From a virus: a stretch of 64,000 bases of DNA. The number at the start of each line of letters is the position of its first letter. The first letter of the stretch is position 1. Below, piece by piece: positions 57,337 through 64,000 of this stretch. Position numbers and translations under genes: made by a program. The notes beneath the pieces were generated by a model. The model did no database searches. It worked only from the letters and a program-made list of their open reading frames with translations, and was not told where the DNA came from. The stretch spans positions 32,001 to 96,000 of IMG/VR virus record IMGVR_UViG_3300007352_000013, one strand, 5' to 3'.

Positions 57337-57711
57337 ATGGCTGGGAAAGGCGATAGATATAGACCAGTTAATAAAGAAGTTTATGATAAAAATTTTGAAT
57401 GTGTATTTGGTATTAAAAAATTAAATATTATGTCCAATGAAGATCGTGAAGAATTAATTTATGACAGAGATGGAAAAATTGGTAGAAATATATCTTCGGA
57501 CGGATATGACAGTAGAAACATTCATGAAGCGAGCCAAATTGCTTCGGGCAAAAAGAGACGCCGTAAAGCAAAAACATTCTGGATCGGCCCCGGCTACAGA
57601 GGCGAATATAGTTGTCCACACGGAGTAGGACACGGAAATCATATTCATGGATGCTGTCAAGAACGATGTTGCACAAGAGAAGACTTTCCATTGAGGAATA
57701 AAAATGGCTAG
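57337..57711 (+). CDS. hypothetical protein with GKGD.YRPV N-terminus and His/Cys-rich C-terminus
   Basis: CPHGVGHGNHIHGCC...CC. Confidence 0.55.
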   Translation: MAGKGDRYRPVNKEVYDKNFECVFGIKKLNIMSNEDREELIYDRDGKIGRNISSDGYDSRNIHEASQIASGKKRRRKAKTFWIGPGYRGEYSCPHGVGHGNHIHGCCQERCCTREDFPLRNKNG

Positions 57712-58117
57712 ATATATTTATTCTAAGGTTGATCCAACTAAACTTTTACATATTATACATGACATAACAGAAACAAAAGAACAAAGAGAAGATCTTGTTC
57801 CACCCAATAATTTTCTTCAAATAGCAACTATACCATTAAAAGCAAATCAAACATTTAAGGCTCACAAACATATATGGAATAACTTTAATGGTCCCAAAAT
57901 CGCGCAAGAATCGTGGATAGTTATTCGCGGAAGAGTTGAAGCTACTTTATACGACATAGATAATACTATATTGGAAAAAGTTATACTACACGAGGGTCAT
58001 TTATCTATTACATTAGAAGGCGGTCATAATTATATGGCTTCACCTGAAGGTGCATTTGTTTATGAAGTAAAAACAGGGCCGTATCAAGGAATAGAGTTGG
58101 ATAAGGAATTTATTTAA
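57704..58117 (+). CDS. cupin-fold (WbuC-like) protein
   Basis: F.AHKH, QESW.V..G, G......GGH, EVK.GPY. Confidence 0.75.
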   Translation: MARYIYSKVDPTKLLHIIHDITETKEQREDLVPPNNFLQIATIPLKANQTFKAHKHIWNNFNGPKIAQESWIVIRGRVEATLYDIDNTILEKVILHEGHLSITLEGGHNYMASPEGAFVYEVKTGPYQGIELDKEFI

Positions 58118-58497
58118 TGAAAATTTATATAGCAACTAAAAAACAAGATGCAGCCGTAGCATTAAGAAGAAAATTAAAAGAAATTTTTCAAGATAAAGTT
58201 AGTTTTGTTAGTTCATGGATAGATCAAGAAAGCTATGGAAATACTCCTATATGCCAAAAAATGGCTATTGCCGAAAGATGTGAAAACGATGTTAAACAAT
58301 GCGATTTATTAATAAACATAGCTGATGAAGTAAATACGCACGGAGGAAAGCACGTAGAACTAGGAATAGCTCTGGCTTTAGGGAAAAAAATAATGGTTTT
58401 GGGTAGAAAAGAGAATATCTTCCATCATCATAAATCTGTTATATTTTTCGAAACAGATGATAAATTGATTGATAAAATGAAAGAAATGATTCACTAA
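58117..58497 (+). CDS. nucleoside 2-deoxyribosyltransferase-like protein
   Basis: DV..CD.LI, GG..VE.G.A.A.GK. Confidence 0.75.
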   Translation: MKIYIATKKQDAAVALRRKLKEIFQDKVSFVSSWIDQESYGNTPICQKMAIAERCENDVKQCDLLINIADEVNTHGGKHVELGIALALGKKIMVLGRKENIFHHHKSVIFFETDDKLIDKMKEMIH

Positions 58498-58526
58498 ATG
58501 GCTTAAGATATCTGCGAGAAAAAGAA

Positions 58527-59066
58527 ATGCTAAAATTACATTTAGGCGCTGGAAAACGAGATTTTGGAGAAGGATGGTTCAATGTTGATATAGCCGATTT
58601 TCCTCATATTCATCACAAAGATATAACTAAACTTCCATTCGAAGACAATTCTGTCGATCTTATCTATTCTGCACATACCATAGAATACTTTGATAGACAA
58701 GAGATTATCCCAATTTTACAAGAATGGAAACGTACTCTCAAACCAAATGGAATACTTCGTCTAGCTGTACCAGATTTTGAAACTATGTGTATGCTTTATT
58801 TTTCACAAATGTATCCAATAGAAAATTTCTTGGGTCCATTATACGGAAAAATGGATGTAGGTGATAAAAAAATATATCATAAAACATGTTATGATTTCAA
58901 AAGTTTATCGACATTATTAATGTCTATTGGAATGAAAAATATAAGAAGATATAAGTGGAGAAATACTGAACACGCACAATTTGACGATCATTCTCAAGCA
59001 TATCTTCCGCATATGGATAAAGTAAATGGGGTGTGTTTAAGTCTAAATGTTGAATGTGAAAAATAA
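58527..59066 (+). CDS. class I SAM methyltransferase (Methyltransf_11-like)
   Basis: KLHLGAG, NVD, D...LPF.D.SVD.IY..H..E, W.R.LKP.G.L...VPD. Confidence 0.85.
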   Translation: MLKLHLGAGKRDFGEGWFNVDIADFPHIHHKDITKLPFEDNSVDLIYSAHTIEYFDRQEIIPILQEWKRTLKPNGILRLAVPDFETMCMLYFSQMYPIENFLGPLYGKMDVGDKKIYHKTCYDFKSLSTLLMSIGMKNIRRYKWRNTEHAQFDDHSQAYLPHMDKVNGVCLSLNVECEK

Positions 59067-59695
59067 TGGAAATAATTCAGAGATTAAAAGACATAATAAA
59101 AAAGCCAAATCCACTAATTATAGAAATAGGATGCTGGAATGGTAGAGACACAGAATTATTTTTGAATATATTCCCTGAATGTAAGATATTTGGATTTGAA
59201 CCAGACCCAAGGAACATAGAAAAAATAAAAAAAAGAATAAATAATCGAAGATTCGAATTAATAGAAGAAGCTATAAGTGATAAAGATGGGATTATAACTT
59301 TTTATGAAAGTCATGGAATAGCTAATGGGGAAAGTGATTGGAGCGCTTCTAGCTCTTTGAATAAACCCAAAAAACATTTAGATATAAATCCCCATATTAC
59401 TTTTGGAAATGGAGTTAAAGTTTTTGGAAGAAAATTAGATAATTTCATAGAAAAAAAACAAATAAAAAATATAGACTTAATTTGGGCCGACGTTAATGGT
59501 GCAGAATATAAGATGATAAATGGTGCTTTAGAAACCATGAAAATAACAAAATTTCTATATACCGAATTCAGCGAAAAGGAAATATACGAAGAAAGCATCA
59601 CTAAAGAAAAAATTAAAAGCATGTTACCTAATTTCAAAGAAATATTTACCCACAAAAATAACGTATTATTGGAGAATAAATTATTATCTACATAA
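59066..59695 (+). CDS. FkbM-family methyltransferase
   Basis: IEIGC..G, GFEPD, SSSL.KP, LD, ID..W.DV.GAE. Confidence 0.85.
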   Translation: MEIIQRLKDIIKKPNPLIIEIGCWNGRDTELFLNIFPECKIFGFEPDPRNIEKIKKRINNRRFELIEEAISDKDGIITFYESHGIANGESDWSASSSLNKPKKHLDINPHITFGNGVKVFGRKLDNFIEKKQIKNIDLIWADVNGAEYKMINGALETMKITKFLYTEFSEKEIYEESITKEKIKSMLPNFKEIFTHKNNVLLENKLLST

Positions 59696-60630
59696 CAACA
59701 CAACATGAACGGGGTGTCAAAAATCGTTACAATAGTGATGGCGCTATTGGTCATCATTTCTTAAATTGGTTAAAGGGTCCGGTTTTGGCGCAAAGATATG
59801 GTTTAAGATATGTATATAATAATATAGTTCCAGATTATATGGGTACGCAATGGAACGAATTCTTGGGTTTAGATAAAAGAGTTCCTTCCAAACTTAATGA
59901 ATTAGGAGTTCCGGTTTACTCCATTAGTGACATAAAAAATTGTCAAATAGTAGATATCCCACAAATAGAATGGAACGCATCATATACCCATCCAATAATT
60001 ATTGAATATATTAATAAATACAAATATGCATCAATAAATGAAGATGAAAATATTTTATTAAGAACATCACCCGGACGTGGATTTTATATAGATTGGCAAT
60101 ATTGGCTTAATAATGATTTAAGAGAAAAATATGATTTTGCTAGACAAGAAAATCCTGTTGAGCTACATAATGCTGATGATTTTTATATGGTTTGTATTCA
60201 TTGGAGAAGGGGAGATATAAATAATAAAGATCAGCCGGAAAGATGGATCACTAATGAACGATATTATAAATTAATAAATAATATTAAAAATACATTAGAT
60301 AATTTATATATAAGATATAAGATACAAATAATTTCAGAAGGTGAACAAAAAGATTTTGGATGCGTAAATGATATAGACAATATAGAATTCGTATTAAATG
60401 AAAACCCGATAATATCATTCCATAGAATGATTATATCCGATATTCTTATTAATGCAAAATCTGCATTTTCTGTTTGTGCAGCATATTTTCATAAGGGTCC
60501 AAAGCTTTGTATTCCATTTAGTATATATTGGCAGCAAACTCATCCAGATAATGATAACTTTAAAGATCTTATATGGATAAATGAGAGTATGGATTTTCAT
60601 ATTAAAACATTGGATATATTGTTAGGATGA
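59680..60630 (+). CDS. fucosyltransferase-like GT-B enzyme (GT11/NodZ-like); true start appears to be ATT at 59680
   Basis: IYIT...G.IGH.FLNWL...LAQRYGL, HWRRGD, ISEG, FH.MI..DIL..AKS.FS; N-terminus matches paralog 61210. Confidence 0.75.
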   Translation: MIIYITTQHERGVKNRYNSDGAIGHHFLNWLKGPVLAQRYGLRYVYNNIVPDYMGTQWNEFLGLDKRVPSKLNELGVPVYSISDIKNCQIVDIPQIEWNASYTHPIIIEYINKYKYASINEDENILLRTSPGRGFYIDWQYWLNNDLREKYDFARQENPVELHNADDFYMVCIHWRRGDINNKDQPERWITNERYYKLINNIKNTLDNLYIRYKIQIISEGEQKDFGCVNDIDNIEFVLNENPIISFHRMIISDILINAKSAFSVCAAYFHKGPKLCIPFSIYWQQTHPDNDNFKDLIWINESMDFHIKTLDILLG

Positions 60631-61208
60631 AAATATTAGTGGGCTGTGAATTTTCTGGAGTCGTTCGTAGTGCTTTTGCAGCAAAGGGTCACGATGCTTG
60701 GTCTTGTGATTTGCTAGATACAGAAGTTAATGGTAATCATATAAGGGGTGATCTTTTAAAGATACTAGATAACGGTTGGGATTTGGCTATATTCCATCCA
60801 CCATGCACATATTTGTGTAGTAGTGGTTTGCATTGGAACAAAAGAAAACCAGAAAGACAAAAATTAACAGAAGAAGCTTTAGAATTTGTTAGAAAATTAT
60901 TGAATGCGCCTATAGAAAAAATAGCGTTAGAAAACCCAATAGGTTGTATTTCGACAAGAATAAGAAAGCCGGATCAAATTATACAACCGTTTCAATTCGG
61001 CCATTCGGAGAGTAAATCAACTTGTTTATGGTTAAAAAATCTACCATTATTAAAACCCACTAAAATATTGGATACACCAGAATGTGGATATTGGAACAAC
61101 CAAACTCCTTCTAGACAAAATAAGTTAGGACCATCTGATAATAGGTGGAAATTAAGATCAATAACCTATCAGGGTTTTGCCGACGCTATGGCGAATCAAT
61201 GGGGATAA
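60627..61208 (+). CDS. phage DNA cytosine methyltransferase-like protein
   Basis: ILVGCE.SG.V..AF, SCDL, HPPCTYL, ALENP.G, QP.QFGH, K.T.LWL. Confidence 0.75.
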   Translation: MKILVGCEFSGVVRSAFAAKGHDAWSCDLLDTEVNGNHIRGDLLKILDNGWDLAIFHPPCTYLCSSGLHWNKRKPERQKLTEEALEFVRKLLNAPIEKIALENPIGCISTRIRKPDQIIQPFQFGHSESKSTCLWLKNLPLLKPTKILDTPECGYWNNQTPSRQNKLGPSDNRWKLRSITYQGFADAMANQWG

Positions 61209-61209
61209 A

Positions 61210-62178
61210 ATGAATAGATATATAACTGTTAAACCACATGGTGGATTTGCGGGAATTGGTCATCAATTTCTGAATTGGTTAGTTCCTTACGTGCTTGCGC
61301 AAAGATATGGTCTTAAATTCGTTCATCAAAATTTCGTTGGAGAAACAGACGGTACTTTTGCTCCAAGGGGTTCTAACGCTAATCAAATAACTAGACCAGT
61401 AAAAGAATGGAATAATTTTCTAAATTTAGGAGAAGGTGAAATAACATTACAAGATTTAAATATACATAGCTTAACAGAAATAAATCTACCGTATATAGAT
61501 CAAGAAAAAGCAACTTGGAATAATATAGAATTTTCGTCTTTATTAGAAAATGATCTTCGTACAATTGGCAAATTTTGTGGAACATTGTATAGAGTATCGG
61601 AAGATATAGATGGACAATTTGTACACATAGATTGGGATTTTTATAAAAGTAATAATCTAAAGAAAAAATATAATAACTCACAACAGGTAAAGAATTTCAA
61701 ATGTTATTTTGATGAAGGATGTACAAATGTAGCCATACATATCAGAAGAGGTGACGTTACAGAGAATACACCGTACAGAAGATGGCAAAATCTAGGTTAT
61801 TATCTTGGAATAATAGATAATTTATCAAATATAAAAGAACTAAAGAATGTAGTTTTTCATATCTATTCTTGGGATATGTCTAAGGAAGAAAGAGATGTAT
61901 TGTTTTTGCATAGTATTTTCGGGAAAAGAGAGATAGAATTACATATAGACGAAGATGTTTTTTCAACATTCTACCATATGACAAAAGCAGATATATTTGT
62001 GTCTGGCCAAGGTGCATTTTCTTTAATGGCTAATTACTTGACCGATGCAGTGAAATTAACAACACCATTTTATATGCATTGGAAAGATTTTCCAGAAGAT
62101 ATTCATGATATAATAGAAGTTAGACCAGATAGTTCTTTTAATCAAAAAAAACTTTTAAAAGCATTGGGAAATAAATGA
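61210..62178 (+). CDS. fucosyltransferase-like GT-B enzyme, paralog of 59680-60630
   Basis: GIGHQFLNWL...LAQRYGL, HIRRGD, TFYHM..ADIFV.G...FS. Confidence 0.78.
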   Translation: MNRYITVKPHGGFAGIGHQFLNWLVPYVLAQRYGLKFVHQNFVGETDGTFAPRGSNANQITRPVKEWNNFLNLGEGEITLQDLNIHSLTEINLPYIDQEKATWNNIEFSSLLENDLRTIGKFCGTLYRVSEDIDGQFVHIDWDFYKSNNLKKKYNNSQQVKNFKCYFDEGCTNVAIHIRRGDVTENTPYRRWQNLGYYLGIIDNLSNIKELKNVVFHIYSWDMSKEERDVLFLHSIFGKREIELHIDEDVFSTFYHMTKADIFVSGQGAFSLMANYLTDAVKLTTPFYMHWKDFPEDIHDIIEVRPDSSFNQKKLLKALGNK

Positions 62179-62747
62179 AAAAATTAGACTGGAGAGAGGT
62201 TGAGGGTTGGTTTTCTGAAGCTGACGCCGCTTTCGTATCAGATATATTGAAAGATACTCGCAACGGAACCGTAGTAGAAATAGGATTATTTTATGGTCGA
62301 GCTAGTGCTGTTATGATGCCACTGGCCCTTGATAATGGAAATCAGTATTATGCAATCGATAATTTTTATGGTGGTGTAGACGAAACAACACCAGCTTCAA
62401 AAATTCAAAGATCAGACGGCGCTAAAGTTATGGCAAAATTTATATCTAATATGAAGGCTTTAGGAATAAATCGTTCCGATTACGCTTTATATAAATCCAA
62501 TAGTATTGAAGCTTCAGTTTATTTACCCGACGAATCTGTAGATTTTTGTTTTATAGATTCGGATCATGCTTATGAATCGGTGAAACTAGATTTAGAAACT
62601 TGGTGGAAAAAAATCAAAATTAATGGTATATTAGGGGGCCATGATTACAACAATCCGGATGTTAGAAGAGCTTTGGACGAATTCGTTAAAGACAAAAATG
62701 TGACCGTACAAACCGGGGGAAATTGTTGGAATCTTATAAAAAAATAA
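62175..62747 (+). CDS. class I SAM methyltransferase (Methyltransf_24-like)
   Basis: VEIG.F.GR.S, AID.F.G, S..A, D..FIDSDH.YE.V..D...W, G..LGGHDY. Confidence 0.88.
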   Translation: MKKLDWREVEGWFSEADAAFVSDILKDTRNGTVVEIGLFYGRASAVMMPLALDNGNQYYAIDNFYGGVDETTPASKIQRSDGAKVMAKFISNMKALGINRSDYALYKSNSIEASVYLPDESVDFCFIDSDHAYESVKLDLETWWKKIKINGILGGHDYNNPDVRRALDEFVKDKNVTVQTGGNCWNLIKK

Positions 62748-62908
62748 ATAGACTATTCGATGATGCTCCTAGTAATAAAGAGGTTTTAGAAATAAAAAGA
62801 AGGAATAAAAACGGAGAATCTGTCGCTAAAATTAAAAAAGATATGAATATACATCCAAAATTTATAACAGATATAATAAAGAAGTATAAATGGAAAAAAC
62901 TAAAATAA
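62723..62908 (+). CDS. small HTH-like protein
   Basis: EV.EIK.R...GES...I.K..NI....I..I.K...WK. Confidence 0.45.
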   Translation: MLESYKKINRLFDDAPSNKEVLEIKRRNKNGESVAKIKKDMNIHPKFITDIIKKYKWKKLK

Positions 62909-64000
62909 AATTTGCTAATTGTGACTGTATCGTTGAACCGGGAAAATTTGATGTAAATAAAATTCCAACAAATTGCCCAGCTACTTTTGCGCTCATTTCT
63001 TCTGGTTTTACAACTGGAATTTTTCAACTCGAAAGTAGATTGGGAATGGATTGGGCTAAGAAGGTACAGCCACAGAATATAGAAGAGATTGCAGCTTTAT
63101 CTGCATTATTAAGGCCCGGCGCTTTAGAGAGTGGACAATCCGAGGAATATGTAGATATAAAATTTGGTAGAAAACAACCTTCGTATTTACATCCGGCATT
63201 AAAAGATATTTTGTCAAGTACATATAATTCTATGATTTATCAAGAACAGGCATTGGCCATAGCGAAAGAAATAGCCGGATTTACTATGGAAGAAGCAGAT
63301 AATTTAAGAAAAGCTGTTGGAAAAAAGATTCCAGAATTGATGGCTTCTTTAAAACAAAAATTCATAGACGGAGCATTAAATAATAAGGTAACTAAAAATG
63401 TTGCAGAACAAATATTCGATTGGATTGAGAAAAGTCAGCGATATTCGTTTAATAAATCTCATGCAATTGCTTATGGAATATTAAGTTATAATACGGCTTG
63501 GATGAAATGTCATTTCCCATTAGAATTTTTTACAAGCTATTTAACGTATTCGGATTATAAAGCTGATACGATGGATGAAATTTATAGATTGGTTCAGGAT
63601 GCTCGTTTATTTGGAATAGAAGTTTTGCAACCGGATATAAAAGAATGTAATGTAAAATTTAAGATGACAGATGATAAAATAAAATTTGGATTATCTAATA
63701 TAAAGGGGGTTGGTCCATCTGCAATAGAAAAAATTATAAAGAACGGAAAAGAATCATTATCAACTTGGCAAGGATTTTTAAAATCTTTACCAGCATTACA
63801 TAGAAATGTTGGAATAGCACTTATAAAATCTGGATCTTGTGATTGTTATAATAAATCAAGATCACAAATGATCAAAGAACTAGAATGTATATTTGGCACT
63901 CAGATTAAAGATGAAAATGGCAAAACAAAAGAAATCAGAGGTTTAACAGAAAGAGAAAGAAAATGGTTTTTTCATAAACTTGGTGATGAAAAGTCTGTTA
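62890..64000 (+). CDS. dnaE: DNA polymerase III alpha, C-terminal half (3'-truncated by window; absent from ORF track)
   Basis: T.GIFQLES, IAALSALLRPG, IYQEQ, AD.LRKAVGKK, Y.FNKSHA.AY, KCH.P.EF, PDI, I.FGL..IKGVG. Confidence 0.93.
   Translation, partial: MEKTKIKFANCDCIVEPGKFDVNKIPTNCPATFALISSGFTTGIFQLESRLGMDWAKKVQPQNIEEIAALSALLRPGALESGQSEEYVDIKFGRKQPSYLHPALKDILSSTYNSMIYQEQALAIAKEIAGFTMEEADNLRKAVGKKIPELMASLKQKFIDGALNNKVTKNVAEQIFDWIEKSQRYSFNKSHAIAYGILSYNTAWMKCHFPLEFFTSYLTYSDYKADTMDEIYRLVQDARLFGIEVLQPDIKECNVKFKMTDDKIKFGLSNIKGVGPSAIEKIIKNGKESLSTWQGFLKSLPALHRNVGIALIKSGSCDCYNKSRSQMIKELECIFGTQIKDENGKTKEIRGLTERERKWFFHKLGDEKSV

Noticed and set aside
62890-62925. Split intein at DnaE (C-half begins MEKTKIKFAN-C)
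   Set aside because: The Asn-Cys pair is suggestive, but the N-half ends in ordinary DnaE sequence with no IntN block and no intein motifs precede the Asn.
433-63027. Other minus-strand ORFs in the track
   Set aside because: All overlap well-supported plus-strand genes and lack recognisable motifs; expected shadows in AT-rich DNA.
1-64000. CRISPR array, DGR or retron
   Set aside because: No repeat-spacer periodicity, no cas1/cas2 and no reverse transcriptase were seen.
1-64000. Stop-codon reassignment
   Set aside because: Long conserved genes are intact under the standard code, and TAA, TAG and TGA all end genes at expected positions.

Overview
A 64-kb segment of an AT-rich large dsDNA bacteriophage genome. 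Genes are densely packed, often overlap at ATGA, and all but one lie on the + strand; no virion structural genes, tRNAs or CRISPR arrays were recognised. Positions 1-26 kb are an accessory region of many small ORFs plus a Ycf46-like AAA ATPase/DUF3150/DUF1257/DUF2997 module, a GMP reductase/IMPDH-family enzyme, DNA ligase, peptide deformylase, RNA-repair enzymes, a stand-alone BrxL-like ATPase, an adenine methylase, a NADAR-like protein and two structured non-coding regions (13.57-13.73 kb and about 18.2-18.75 kb). Positions 26-49 kb hold nucleotide metabolism and replication genes (ThyX, dCMP deaminase, class II RNR, sigma factor, RNase H, RecA, DnaB, primase, dNMP kinase, two Cas4-like nucleases). 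DnaE is split without an intein into an N-half (46878-49196) and a C-half (62890 to the window end), separated by a 13.7-kb island of glycosyltransferases, sulfotransferases, methyltransferases and GDP-sugar enzymes. The least expected signal is a C-terminal [KR][KR][IV][ISV][LIV]-stop motif shared by five unrelated proteins. All family calls rest on motif recognition by eye; no searches were run.
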